Source of the DNA: Eledone cirrhosa
Lineage: Eukaryota
DNA: 64,000 nt
Direction of reading: 5' to 3'
NCBI GenBank assembly: GCA_964016885.1
Contig: OZ024742.1
Span: forward strand, 124,620,001-124,684,000
Shown here: piece by piece, positions 41,171 through 55,669 of the stretch
Position numbering within the stretch: position 1 is the first letter of the stretch
Layout: each line of letters starts with the position of its first letter
Notes under the pieces: generated by a model
What the model was told of the DNA's origin: nothing
What the model saw: only the letters and a program-made list of their open reading frames with translations
Database searches by the model: none
Translations under genes and position numbers: made by a program

Positions 41171-43660
41171 AGCTCCTTTAACATTTCATTTTACGGATGT
41201 TGTTTAGTGATGTTCGATAAGTTGATTTGAATGCAGATGGTGTCTTTTTTACCTTATTAGTTTAAGGTTGGACATATGTTACTCTATATATCATATGAAT
41301 ATTTTGGCAAATTTATATGAATTTCTATAATAGACTGTCTGTGTAAATATATAAAGATTATGATACTTCTTGTTTTATTTGTAGGTACAGCTATACTTTA
41401 CAATATTGAATAATATGACCACATTATATCTTATTTCATTTCTTAGTGATTTTTCGTTAAGTGTGTTCTATATATATTTGGTAAAAGAAATAGTAGAAAC
41501 GCGACACATCTACAATACAAACATGTGTATATTCTTTTTATTACCTGTCTAAATCAGGAATGGTGTTTAAGGGAAAGAAACATGTTTATTTGACCTGAGC
41601 AGATGCAGATAAAATCTTCATATTTATTGCTGCTTACTGTACTCAAGTTAAGACACCTCAGGACCAGTCTATATTCCGTTGTACACGAATGGTGGTGTGT
41701 ATATTGGTCATGGTATGTACAATACAAAACAAGACACAGAATACGCTAATCCAATCATATCATCTGACGACTGTTTCGTTGTGGTAACTAAAAACTCTTA
41801 CACGTCATTGCGGTGTGACTATCCTGAAAACCATACAAGACCAGATATTTGAGCTTCTCACTTCAAGATTACCAAACATTAAATTTCCCCCTGTTTTATA
41901 GCCGTCTATTCTAATATAACCAAAAAGTAGCTATTTGTATTAATTTCTTTGAAAATAGGTAGGCTTTAATATCCTCAACATGATATAGTCATTTCAACAT
42001 GAAACATAGGATGCGAACCAGCCCACCGTATATTCGTTATATACATCTGGTTTGCTAGTGGTATTTTAGTTGTAAAAGTCATTGCAAATTAATGTGTAAT
42101 CGATTAGCTAACTCTTATATAACAAACTTCGCGTAGGTTTATAATTTGTATATTTTGTGTCATATCAGTATCTCTAGAAACAGCTACATGTGGTGTTCAA
42201 TATCTGTTTAGAATTTCTCACATTATTTCTTCAAGAATTCAATATTTACATTATATTTCACCTATATTGCTAAACTAATTACATGTACAAGTTCTAACAA
42301 GATTTTGGGATATAAGTTTATCTATTTTCAGATGCATTGTTTGTTGTCAAAATATAGAATATTATAAAGGTATATACAATAGATATACAGGCGACAATAA
42401 GGCGTATATTTGCTTAACGCTGAAACAAAACATTACCATAGGCGGCAGTAAAAGCTCTAAATCACATGAAACACTCACAAATTTCTTTGTTTTTTCTTAT
42501 TGTTTATTTATTTACTTTTGGGATTCTTCAATGGTTTACTTTTGTTACGATCTGACAAAGCGAACATGATCAAGAAAATAGTCCCTTAATCAAACTTCTG
42601 AGCAAGTAATTGTTTGTAAGTGCATTTTCTTTTATATCCGCGTAAAGCTCAGCGGTGTATCAGATACAAAATAGCACAAAGAAGATAATATATGTGCTGA
42701 TTGAAGCAACTGAAGAAAGAACTAGTATTGATTTGGATTCATGGATGTATATTGCATGGGATCATAGAACATCTTCTTTACTACTAGACTTGACTTTCGA
42801 ATTTGTCTATAATATGATATGTGGCGTCAGTAGACGTGAGAGAAGCAATATCGAATTATTTCAATATTTGTTTTTCTCTTAAATCCAATGTAACCACACA
42901 TGGAGAGGTATCCAAGTAAACTTGCAACTTATCTTTACTAAAGAAACTTTGGGTAAAATGCCTTCCTAACGAATGATATTTATGTTTCATGGATTGTTAA
43001 CAATGGCGATGGCACGTTTCCAATGAAGAAATACTATCCTGCTTTTTTTCTCATGTTAACATCTACACAAAATAATATTAATGAAATACCATTGGGATTA
43101 GTTGTAAGTTATGTAATAGATTTTTTTCATTAAGAACTCAGTATTCATTTTCAGAGGAGAGAACTAAAACTAACAACAGAATAAAATGTTATTCTATGAT
43201 AGGGAAAAAAGAAATGCATGGACTGTTATGAAACGTATTACCCATATACAAACCCAACAGTCTATCGACAACTTTTCATAAATAGAATTTATTTAACAGT
43301 TTCTCTTTGATAAGATCCATGGAACAATGTTAAAGTATCAGCTGTTTAATTTGTTATTAGAGTTTCTTGTCTAACCAAATTAAAAAGATACATGTCTTGT
43401 GTGCATCTATGGTAAAAATAGAAATAAAGATTATTTAAATAAAACAGAAATGTTAACGGATGTTTTAACCCAGGTTAAAGTTGTCACTTGTACAGTAAAA
43501 GTGAACAGCCGAATTCCCTTCAATGTTGACCTTCTTGCGTTAAATATTTAAGCAACTACATGGATGTGATGTTACAACCAAGTTGGGTCGAGTGAATGTT
43601 TTAGTGTTTTGTTTTGTATGTGATTTTGTTAAAATCAAAATCTATTCCTGATTTTCATTG

Positions 43661-43993
43661 TACGAAGTTGGGTGAAACGTTCATAGGATGACCATGGTAC
43701 TCTCATTAAATATAACCAAATGAGGTTCATTTTTCAGTGTGATATTTATTTTTCATCACAATTTCTTTTGCATCCCACAACATTGAGGCCGTCAACTTTA
43801 CTGTAGGTGAAACGAACTTGGCCTTCTTTGGAGAAGGCTAGAAGGAGTGTTTCCATTGCATGGATAGACTCATTATCTGTGACTGAAAGTGATGTATCCA
43901 ACACGCATCGTGGGTTATAAAACGTTCAAGGAAATCTGCTGGATCTTTCGTTAACAAAATCTTATTTACCCGGGATGTTTTCAGCCTAGTACG
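43661..43993 (-). mobile_element. Internally deleted mariner remnant
   Basis: Minus strand translates to DPADFLERFITHDACWIHHFQSQIMSLSMQWKHSF*PSPKKAKFVSPTVKLTASMLWDAKEIV, the first-Asp region of the DD34D domain. TIR-like TACGAAGTTGGGTGAAACGTT at the left end. Confidence 0.8.
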
Positions 43994-44234
43994 CTGTGGA
44001 TCAGGTGTCTGAAGATATTACCCAAAGGCGTATATGCATATGTTTATTACTAATACAAACATTTAGCACATGTCAGCAAACACAACAAAAAACATGGTAT
44101 AGGATTCAGGCTCATGTTCAATTGCAAAAGTATAATCGTTAATGTAATTTGCCGAACTGTACGCATAATATATATATATATATATATATATGTAGTTTTT
44201 CCAAATTTGAGGATGAGTATTTAAACTTTATGTT

Positions 44235-44306
44235 ATTCAGAGTTAAGGCTCTATTGGATTCAGAGTTAAGGCTCTATTGGATTCAGAGTTAAGGCTCTAT
44301 TGGATT
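44235..44306. repeat. 23-bp tandem repeat x3
   Basis: ATTCAGAGTTAAGGCTCTATTGG, three perfect copies. Confidence 0.95.
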
Positions 44307-44479
44307 TCCCAAAATCTGTGGATAAATCTCTGTCTTTATTTCTTTGAATTGAGTTTGAATTATTTTCCCACATCTTATGTTAATCATTTTTCCATTTTGA
44401 CATTATAGTCACATATATATTATGAAATACTGTTGGCTTCTAGCTCACAATAATTTCTATATTTTCATTTATATATATA

Positions 44480-45472
44480 AGGCACTCCACTAGGTTAGCG
44501 GACCTGGTGTGGGACCTGAAAGATCAAGGCACTCCGTACGCCCTGGAATGTAGTATCGTTCGCCATGCGAGGGCATATTCGGCTGGAAGTAGAAAGTGCC
44601 GATTATGCCTACACGAGGCCATGGAGATAGTCAGACTGAAAGATGACGCGGTCAACCTGAAGTCTGAAATGACCATGACATGCAGACACCAGAGAAGATG
44701 CACATTTGCAGCATGGAATCCTCCGGGTGGCACAGGCCGGGGGTATGAAAACGGGTACACACAGACCCGAACGGCCCAACGGGATTAGGGAACATGACGC
44801 CATGCCCCGATGACATTGTGCGACTCGTGTGGCACACATATGTAAACCAGGGTACGCACTTGCCCGGGCACGCAACGTGGGCAGATGCATCGCCTAGGCC
44901 GGAACCGACTAACACGGGGCCCACGGTCGCCATGTCCGATACACCAAACATATAGAACAGCACACCCCAGCAACGTTGCCATGCCCCATGGTGACCGGGC
45001 CAAGCCTCCCCTTGAATGTGTACCCCGTCCATCGTGACTATATACTCTCTACATGTTCCACTTTGGAACAATGATTGTTACTGTCAATATTCTTTTGTTA
45101 TTGTTACTTGTTCCATATACGGACCTTAGTTTGCACCTCATACTACCTGTGCGTAGTATATCACATGGATAGACGCACCTTCCCCTCGCCCCGTTTTTTA
45201 TTTACCCTTTTTTTATTTATCTGTTTGTGAAGTTACATACAGATTTTAATGTATTTTTAATATATTGTAAATTTATTTATTTTATTTTATTATCCTATTG
45301 TGTTTATATATGTGTATTTTTTATGTGTAGACCTGTGCGTAGGTATTGTGTGTGTATGTAGATATATATATATATATATATGGGGTGTGTATATGTGCAT
45401 GTGTATGTATATGCATGAGCCTATGAGCGTGTGTGTGTGCATGCAGGTACATGTATGTACGTATGTGGCTGG

Positions 45473-45523
<51 letters not shown>

Positions 45524-45718
45524 CTTATAGCTACGTATGAGTATGTGTGTGTATGTGTGTGCATGTGGGTGCGTATGTATATATATATGTGTTGGTGGGT
45601 GTGTATGCATATGTGGGCCTCTATATATATGTATGTGTGTTTGTGTATACATGTATATATATATGTGTACATCTCACAGGAATGTGTACGGATGGATTAT
45701 ATATAGATTATATATACA

Positions 45719-45752
<34 letters not shown>

Positions 45753-46131
45753 TTATCATATATCCATTGTATATATCGGTATAAGTATGTATGAATGTGT
45801 GTGCATGTATATATAGATATAGATATATTATATTGTATACTATATTGATATTTTATGTTATGTTATTTTACCGTTATTTTATGGTATATTGTGTTATATA
45901 TATTGTATTTTTACTTTACGGTTTTGTTTATATATGTATATGTGGAAACATGTGTGTGTAACTAAATACGCATAAATGCATGTGACAGCATGTGACGTCC
46001 GTGTGCGTATGTATATGTAGATGTATATATGTATGTATATATTTGGGTGTGCGTGTGCATGTAGGTTGTTTTTATATATATATGTGTGTGTATGTATGTG
46101 TGTATGTAGTTATGTGTATGTATGTGTGTGC

Positions 46132-46191
<60 letters not shown>

Positions 46192-46887
46192 TGTGTGTGT
46201 TGTGTATGTATATATATATGTATATATGGTTGTGCGTAGGTATGTGTGCGCGCGTATGTGTGTGTATATGTGTATGTTGGCCTGGGTCGTGCGTGTCGGA
46301 CCGGATATATGGCGCGACTTACGCAGGCGCTAATAGGCTTGTTGCGGTCGGTGTCTCGAATTGGGTGTGCCTGGCTATGTGGAAGAGAGGGAGAGTGTAT
46401 GCGTGTATATATGCGTGTGTGGGGGATATGTGTGTCTACGCATGTATGCGTACATGTGTGTATGCACGCATGTGTCTGTGTCTGCCCGTGTGTGTGTCTA
46501 TATGTATGTGTGGGTACATACTCTGCAGTGTGAACAGACGTGTCAGATACCGAACCCAGCATGACTCCACTGAAGTGTGTCGGACGGAAAATGGGTGATG
46601 ACCCGTGTAGCAGTAAATACTGACCAGAACTTAAGATGACGTGGAGTAACAACAGCCAATGCCATGACAATAGTGGAAGAGGTTTTTTGAAGGTGTTTTT
46701 TTTAATGATAACACCCCCAGCGATAAAATTTGCTCCGAACGAACTACCGGTGTCTGAGGTAACCTGCAGCCGTAGAATCAGCCTGATCCATACAGTGACC
46801 ATGTCTCGAGCTACCTGCCGGCGAAACAATTGTAGCACGCAATAAATTGAGTCCAGATGCATCACTGATTTTTCGTTTTTTTTATAC
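44480..46887 (+). mobile_element. 5'-truncated Penelope-like element (GIY-YIG tail, microsatellite-rich 3' region, terminal HHR-like motif)
   Basis: RHSTRLADLVWDLKD..ARAYSAGSRKCRLCLHEAMEI..VNLKSEMTMTCRHQ. At 46750-46838: GTGT-CTGAGGT..GAAACAATTGTA-GCAC, followed by AATAAA. TA flanks. Confidence 0.75.
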
Positions 46888-46891
46888 TATA

Positions 46892-46957
<66 letters not shown>

Positions 46958-46960
<3 letters not shown>

Positions 46961-47310
46961 GCAAAGGTTATATTTAATTTGTTGGAATTCCACAAATTTA
47001 AAAGTTTTATAACTGGTACAAAGCACTCAACAGCGGAGTAAATATTCATTATATTAATAAATGTAAACTATATTTATAAAACCATAATTATTTTATTATA
47101 TATATTTCAAGGGCAACCAAGGCACATTTTGGTGCGCTTTCATGAGATAAAATACAAAATATGTTTTATAAATGTTGACATACCCGCCGAAGAACATCCT
47201 TGAGTGAACCTCCAACCGTCAAGTTTTTTCTTCGGCGGTATAAAACATATTTTGTATTTTATCTGATGAAAGCGCACCGAGTTTTGCCTTGGTTGCCCTT
47301 GAAATATATA
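46958..47310. mobile_element. Fold-back pLTR pair with HHR motifs
   Basis: Arms ~47098-47181 and ~47230-47310. The + arm reads TATTTTAT-CTGATGA-AAGCGC..GCCCTT-GAAATATATA. Tail motif at 47022-47039. Confidence 0.8.
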
Positions 47311-47472
47311 CGTACATATATATATATGTGTGTGCATGTATGTATATATATATATATATACATACTACTGTACGTCTATATACATATATGTATGTACGTG
47401 TACATACTTATATTTAAGTAATAGCCGTACTAAGAGTGAGAAATGAAATTTTGTTTCATTTTTTCCGTTTAT
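47311..47472 (+). mobile_element. Fragment of the retrozyme-like unit spanning the monomer-monomer junction
   Basis: Reads through the unit's end (as in 7144-7225) into its start (as in 7510-7597). Confidence 0.7.
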
Positions 47473-47498
47473 ATAAATATATATATATATATATAAAT

Positions 47499-47717
47499 AT
47501 TAGAAATTAGAAATTATAAGCTTTCACCGTATTTTAGACTAAAGAAATTTCTAGCCTGATAGTGGGCTTTATAACCCTCGGAGAAATGGAAAAAGATGAG
47601 TGTTGTACGGCAACACTCATCTTTTTCCATTTCTCCGAGGGTTATAAACCCCACTATCAGGCTAGAAATTTCTTTAGTCTAAAATACGGTGAAAGCTTAT
47701 AATATCTAATTTCTAAT
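47499..47717. repeat. ~220-bp near-perfect hairpin (family of 13247-13430), probable pLTR end
   Basis: Arms are complementary around a ~5-nt loop at ~47606-47610. Contains CGGT-GAAAGCTTA. Confidence 0.85.
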
Positions 47718-47777
47718 TTCAAACTCGCGCACCGTTTCAAAAACATACTTACATGTTTAAGTTTATAATATAATTTG

Positions 47778-48150
<373 letters not shown>

Positions 48151-48169
48151 TATATATATACATATATAT

Positions 48170-48203
<34 letters not shown>

Positions 48204-48205
48204 TT

Positions 48206-48256
<51 letters not shown>

Positions 48257-50350
48257 TATCATAGATTGAGTTAGAACTCAAAATAGTATTTTACAATTAA
48301 ATAGCTCAAGGAAGGGAATCTTTCCGAGCCGTGTAATACAATTGAATATATGAGAGGGATGAACACCGATAGAAGTATACATGTGTTCGAATTGTAAATG
48401 ACCAATTTAGTTAGGTTGAAAACATACTAGTTTAAAAAATATGGTTTGCCTGTCTCGATTTAAATTAATAAATCAATAAAAATAACAAACCTATATTGGG
48501 CAACTGCCTTCGATACCGGGACATATCTAAAATCTGTTTCGCAAGAATTATTAAGAGAAAGCCACCATTCCTATGCTCTTCTGCGGGAATATATATATAT
48601 AACTAATAAATTACAAAAACCGCTACAATAAGCTATAAATATATAAAGGTCAAACTCTGGTAATCAAAATAAAACAAAGTAATGATTTACCCAAGATATC
48701 TCAGGGCTATGATCTCCATTTGACATGCGAATCTAGGTAAAACTTTACTTTGTATTGTTTTATTTGTCATATTTTGCCCTTTCTATATTTCTACCGCATT
48801 GTACCTGACATATTTACTGGCGCAATTATGCGAAATATTGAAACATGAATATTAGAAGCATGAAGAAGCTGCAAGTTTGTAGCAGATATAAGAGTTGTAA
48901 TAAAGAGTTCAAGTTCAACTGTAATTATGAATGGAGAATTAATGATGCACTTTCACGCTCTCACTTGATCTGCCAAAGTGAGCAGCGGAAACTCCTTCAA
49001 ATTTCATATCACGGAATTATATACATGACATATAATAAAATGATAAACAAAAGAATGATATGATCATCAGTTTAGCCTGGACGTGTTAAATTAAAGCTTA
49101 CATATCTGTAAAGAACTTAATCACATTAAAAAAGAACTGTAATGAATCTTTTTATAAGTGGTTATAAGTGATATTATGTTAACTGGGTGCAATAAGTGAG
49201 AACTAGAGATATATGGATGGCTATTTAGAAACAACAGAAAGGTTATTATACACAAACTTACACGCAGATAAATATATATCTATCTATCTCTCTATTTGTC
49301 AGTATAAACATATAATTACAGGCATTTCCTGGTTTGTATTGTAATTTTCAATTTCCTATTATCGATACACTCTCTTCGATGATAAAATGATGGGGAATAT
49401 CGTGGGAGCTCGTCAAAAACACGTCTCTCTACGACATGGTCCTGTTTGAAGCGTTTTTCACGACCAGCTTCACTAGGAGGCGGGTTGACGAAAGAGTTGT
49501 GTGTTCCAGGAAGTGGCTGGCCGCCTCATTTCCACTCTTAAGTTCCATTTCGACCTGGACAGGTCTTATTACCTTGCTCAGGTGACCTTCGACTGACTTG
49601 CTGGCCTTATATATTGGTTTATTTTTCGCTTAATTAGATTTTACCTGAGAATAATAATTTAAACCATAATTCATCCTAATTCCTTTTATATAGATATGCA
49701 TATTAATAATCATTTCCTATAAAAAATATTAAATTACTCGTTATATAAGATTCTTCTCAATTCTCAGCTTTAGATAACTCGTCAAATGTTAGCAACAATC
49801 TATAAAAAAAATCTGATGATTGTAATAGTAATAAGGTCATTAGGTGATTGTTTACTAAAAGTAATATTTGTGAATTGAGAAGTAACAGAACATATGCTTG
49901 ACAATTTTTAATTGATATTTTCCATTATTCCCAAAATAGTGATTTTGAGGACAATGTGAATTTAATTAATCATTTGAGAACGATCATATAGAATAACACA
50001 CTTCTGTCATAATGCCAGCTTTCATTATGAAAGTTAAATTTGGAGAAGCTATTCACAACTCAGAGATAGAATACGAAGTGTTGACTTAAATACAATTCGT
50101 GTGCTTTTCTAAACTAATGTTATATGATACTGCATCATTGTTGTATAACCAACTTTTCTTTCAAACCGGTGGAATTGTCGTTCGACCCCTGTGAGCAGCA
50201 TTTTTGGCAAGTGTCGTCTAGAATCAAACAAATATTTGGGCAAAACCGCAACGGATACTCATTTTACTTTCTCGAGTGATTGCAATTAACATGCTGAACA
50301 TGCATTATCGTCCACATGTTATCAACGCGTTCATTTTCATCACCAACAAT

Positions 50351-50442
50351 CTTCTTCTTCTTCTTCTTCTTCTTCTTCTTCTTCTTCTTCTTCTTCTTCT
50401 TCTTCTTCTTCTTCTTCTTCTTCTTCTTCGTCTTCTTCTTCT
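50351..50442. repeat. (CTT)n microsatellite
   Basis: Read directly. Confidence 0.95.
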
Positions 50443-50803
50443 TTGCATCGTGACTGATAAATTATTCTATACATGTGTATTTCTACTTTAATTTCTCATG
50501 TTTGTGATGTAGGACTAGCGCCCGAAACTTTGAGGGTCTTCTCCTACTATATAAAGCGTAAAGCTAAGTACAAATATCTTCATTGTCGTTTGCTTTGATA
50601 TTTATGTTTGCTTATTGCATATATAAACATACACACACACACACATACACACACACACGCACATATATATATATGCATTTTCCCCAATCCATGAGAGCCG
50701 TTATTTGATGCAAATAACACGTGATTTCGCCCTACTCTGGGCAGCGTGTATATTAGCTTTCTCTCTATCCATGAGCTTAGATGTGTCGTGAACAGTATCC
50801 ACA

Positions 50804-50880
50804 TTTGCTGACTGAGGATCCTGTGGACTGTTATACTGAACATATCGGTGGTGAAACGAAGCGAGATTCGTATCAGCAAA
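50804..50880 (+). ncRNA. Complete monomeric type-I hammerhead ribozyme; predicted cleavage after A50872
   Basis: TTTGCTGA-CTGAGGA-TCC..GGT-GAAACGAA GCGAGA TTCGTA-TCAGCAAA. Stem I is a perfect 8 bp, stem III is 5 bp and the site is GUA. Confidence 0.85.
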
Positions 50881-51063
50881 CTTATAGTGTTGGTAGTTTA
50901 AAACTTTAATCAAGAGATTTGCTTCTGATTTAGTTTTTTGTCTATTTAATTGCTAAACCTGTAGACATTGTTCTCTATACAGTAACGGTAAAGTTCACTT
51001 GTAATAATTATTTTCACACATCTCACTGTGTAACACTTCTCTTTGTGTAATATATTTGCATTA

Positions 51064-51119
<56 letters not shown>

Positions 51120-51122
<3 letters not shown>

Positions 51123-52515
51123 CCATCTTCACCCTACAGACCCACACTCCTCCCGGCCTGAACTCCCCACACTTATTCCTTTAGCCTTCGACCGCCCTCC
51201 TCCCCCCACACATATCCCCCACTAACACCACTAACACACCACCCACTCTACACGCAACTAACATCACTAACACCCCCAACCCTACGCATACGAACACACG
51301 CACCCTCTTACACCACCCACTCTACACACCCTACCACCACTGACCCACACTCACACCCGCATTCAACCCTTTCTCCATTTCCAGTATACTAACACCCACT
51401 AACACCCCCTTCACCACACACACACTCATCCAAACACGCACACACACCAGCACACTACACTCCCTCCATCGGCCCCCACACCGTTCTCTCCCCGCTCCAC
51501 CCATACCCTTTCTCAAACACACACACATCCCACTAACACCTCTACTAATACACACACACACCCTCCTCACTCCAACTTTCACACCTACCCATCCTCTCAC
51601 CTGTCCACCGCACCTCCACACACACTGACACACCGACTTTCTTCACTTACCATTCTACCCTACTGCTGCTATGCTCTCTGACCACCTCCCCGCACAGACA
51701 GACACACAACCCTCCTCCTGCCTTGACCCTCTGACCACTTCCTGTTGCGCGCGCACTCCACATCTCCCCTCTTCCGACCAATATCTTCACGGATTACACA
51801 TATGTGAACCTTGATCCCGAGAATCTACCGCATCCCAAGGATATTACTCAGCATTCCACCACATCGTTTTACGAAATTTCCTTTACGAATAACCCCCGGA
51901 GATACACCCACAAAAATGTTTTTCCTCACACGCCACCTACATCCACAACACGCATAAACACCACACACACACGTGCGTACCACCACATATTTACATATTC
52001 AGCCTACGGAATCCTCGCCCCCACCCCTCTATCCACACACGCACACACACTCCGACCTACACCCCACCCCACACACACCTCTTCCTGAACATGCACCCCG
52101 TTCTTCCCACAACCCTTGCTTTCACATACACACACATACACACACACACCACCTTCAGCCCTCCCCGCTCGGACACCCCGTCTTCCACTCCCCACTCCGC
52201 CCGCCACCACCCCTACACGCCCACAGCCTTCCACCACCTGTTTTACCCCATGTGTATTTTTAATTTTATTTTTAATTTCATTTGCACCTTATTTCTAATT
52301 TCATTTGCACCGTTTCCTCTCACCCCCTTGTTTCTATATGTCTCTCCACCACTCCCCTACACACCCTTGGAACTCTCTTCCCACACACTTTTCACCTGAA
52401 GAAGGGCTTATGCCCAAAACGTCGTTCCCCACCACCACCCCACTCTCAGGAGCGTGAAACTAATAAACCTTTGTTCGTACTGCCTCTCTGTTTTGTTCAC
52501 GTTCAATTTTTTACT
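51120..52515 (+). mobile_element. C/A-rich PLE-type 3' region ending in a decayed HHR (52396-52423)
   Basis: CTGAAGA-AGGGC TTAT GCCC-AAAACGTC (G12A), then AATAAA and (TA)n. Confidence 0.5.
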
Positions 52516-52653
52516 ATATATATATATATATATAAAAATACAATATGTAGAAAGGGTAACACACTAGAGAGGAGAGAGAGAGAGTGAGATAGTGTGTCGG
52601 CCAACAATAAAAAAGGGAAACCACTAGTGTATGGAGTCTATAATCTATGGGAG

Positions 52654-52730
52654 GCAGGATTCCTTTTCCTTTGAGCACATAATTTATAGGGAATAACGAG
52701 AGTCTATGGCTCCGTTCAATTATCTTGATA
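52654..52730. repeat. Unclassified TA-adjacent repeat end (inverted copy at 61545-61621)
   Basis: CAGGATTCCTTTTCCTTTGAGCACA..AGGGAATAACGAGAGTCTATG.CTCCGT. Confidence 0.7.
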
Positions 52731-53189
52731 TATATATATATATATCATGGCTGCCCCCTCGTTATTGAGTATTGCCATTGCACGATATACCATTATTAAT
52801 TAATTCTATCGTGCAATGCCTGTGCGTGAAGATATTTTTTAAAGTGAGGAAAGACTGTGCATTGAAAAAATCCCACTCTCTGAGCGACAGTAGCTAGAAC
52901 CCGAAAAGAAGAAAAAGGTTTTATATCGGAGTTATCCCAGTTTCCTGAGTTGCCTTCTCCTAGAAGAATGCCCTGACAAAGGATAGGTGTCCTTCACTCC
53001 CAGTGGTTTAACCACGCGATCGGTTGTCCAGCCCGACTATTTCTATGTCCCCGCGCATATACATACACTTGCACCCATGTCTATACACATATACATACAT
53101 ATGTACATGTGTATAACATATTTACACACTTTTGGATGGCCCTTGACCATATATATACATACATATATATACATATATACATATATATA

Positions 53190-53254
<65 letters not shown>

Positions 53255-53655
53255 GGGGCGGTATGTATGTATGTGTATGTGTGTATGTATGTAAAGGGAG
53301 TAAGGTTCTATACAAAACAGGGTGTATAGAGAAAAAGCAGGATTGGTAAGATCACGGAAAATATATTTAAATAATCTTTTTTTTTCTTGTCAAAGTTACA
53401 TCCTTGAAGAATAAAGAGGAATTTGAAAAAAAAAGGACTTTCATAATGTTTATGAAATATATAAAATATTACTGGTTTCGATGTATCAGTGTAATCCATC
53501 TTATCAAATATCGAGTATTACAATTAAAAAGATTTGAAAAAGAATAAAAAACCAATCATTGAAATCAAGTGTTGAAAAAGGTCTGTTCATCTTTCTTGTT
53601 GTGAAGAAAACTGGGTCTAAAATAATACCTTATATATAGATAGAAAGAGGTTGCC

Positions 53656-53750
<95 letters not shown>

Positions 53751-53766
53751 TGTAGTAGTAGTAGTG

Positions 53767-53834
<68 letters not shown>

Positions 53835-53873
53835 TGTTGTTGCTTTTGTTGTTGTTGTTGTTGTTGTTGTTGC

Positions 53874-53920
<47 letters not shown>
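53656..53920. repeat. Compound (TAG)n/(TTG)n microsatellite
   Basis: Read directly. Confidence 0.95.
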
Positions 53921-53921
<1 letters not shown>

Positions 53922-53991
53922 ATCTCTTCACAGAACAAAATAATTTTTAGGGAGAGGAATTTTCTGCATATGTATGTGTGTATCTCAATTG

Positions 53992-54033
<42 letters not shown>

Positions 54034-55369
54034 TTGTTTTCCTACATAAAAACGAATTAATTATTTATCGAATTACTGAAGAGGGAACTTTGTACGTGAG
54101 ATTTTACTTTTATATTTCTATAATGGTAACTTTTAATAGTAATGATGCAATCAATATTTGACATAGATAAAAAAATGTGTAAGTTTTATTAAAAACTAAA
54201 GTTGTTCCTGTAATCTGTTGACTGGAAGTATATTCGAAGCAAAAATGACAGTGAAACAATGGAATTAGTCAAAATGGTGTTGTATTCAATATATGGTTAT
54301 GTTAAACTATGTGTTGAAGTGCAGGTGATAATTGCATGCACTGTCAGCCATGTGAGGATGGATCCCTAACACATTAAAGAGTCTTAGATGCACCTGTAGT
54401 GAAATACAGTGTGGATTTTGGCCTTTACGCTTGGCGGAAACCATACTAACTCTTGGTCTGAACACCGGCTATTTCTAGAGAGAGAAAGAGAAAGCGATTG
54501 AGAGCAAGAGAGAGAAAAGAGAGTGAGAGAAAGAGAGAGAGAAATAGAGAGAGAGAGAAATAGAGAAAGAGAAAGAGAAATTGAAACTGATAGAAAAGAA
54601 GTGAGGAAGATATATAGAAGTAGAATCGACTGCAGTACTAGACATGTATTTTTCTATCGAACTTCAAATATGCACCCGGCCTGTTTTGAATTCAGAGCGT
54701 AGAGAACTGAAACGTTTACCGCAAAGCATTCTCTCCAACATTCTAACAACTCTCCAAACTCACCGTCTACAAGGAGCTTAAATATGCATGTGATTGTTGA
54801 CATTATTCTAACAAAGCTCCTACTATGAAGATGAATGTTTTTAGTTTGTACGTGATATTATTAGGAAAGATTAATAAAAATTAGAAAATTGATGTGAAGC
54901 TATAAAAATATTTTTTTATATTATTTATTAAGGCGTAGAAATTCATAGTTTTCAACGTTTATTCATTCTAAAACGAAATCTACAAAATTTGTATTCTAAT
55001 TGAACATTTTAAATTAAGGTTGAATTCTATGTACTTTAGTGAAATTTTTGTCAGTATTAGTGGAAGAAAACAACCAATAAGAAGATGAAAATGATAAATA
55101 AACATAAGAATTTACATTCATTTTAAATGAAAGGATTAATTAGGGATGATGTAAAGCAACGGAGATTATTGGAATACTATCGTTTACTTTTTAAATAATA
55201 TACCGTACAATATAAGTGTAAATATATTTTATAATGTGATACATACATTCAATAAAATATAAATCATTATAATGAACGAGTGTAGGTTATTATGCTAAGA
55301 GACAACGTCTGTCTATGTTATTCTCGGTCTCTCACAGTTTACTCATGCAACCCCACCTATATATATATA

Positions 55370-55622
55370 GTAATGGATTTTTGTCTGAAGAGAACACGCA
55401 GTACAGTTGTTATACAACTTATTGTATTTCAAAGTTGTTATTTCAAAGACGTAAGGCAGTTGTTATACAACTGCCTTACGTCTTTGAAATACGTATAACA
55501 CAATAATTTCTTGTTTATTATTCTGATAAAACTCCAGATAAACAAAAACGTGGAGTGCTTTACATGTTTGAAGACAAATCAGCAGATCTTCAATCAACTA
55601 ACTTTCTTTAATTGAATAAGTC
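55370..55622 (+). mobile_element. Solo pLTR with rearranged HHR and terminal motif, set in (TA)n
   Basis: TTGT-CTGAAGA..GAAATACGTATA-ACA. Internal palindrome at 55439-55491 and ACTCC..GAGTGCT at 55531-55559. Confidence 0.7.

Positions 55623-55669
<47 letters not shown>

Noticed and set aside
44235-44306. CRISPR-like 23-bp repeats
   Set aside because: Head-to-tail with no spacers, eukaryotic context and no cas genes.
51331-52399. Pro/His/Thr-rich or Val/Gly-rich ORFs
   Set aside because: Low-complexity C/A-skewed sequence, open in several frames on both strands.
53617-53938. polyQ/polyL/polyN/polyY ORFs
   Set aside because: Trinucleotide microsatellite with no splice or coding context.
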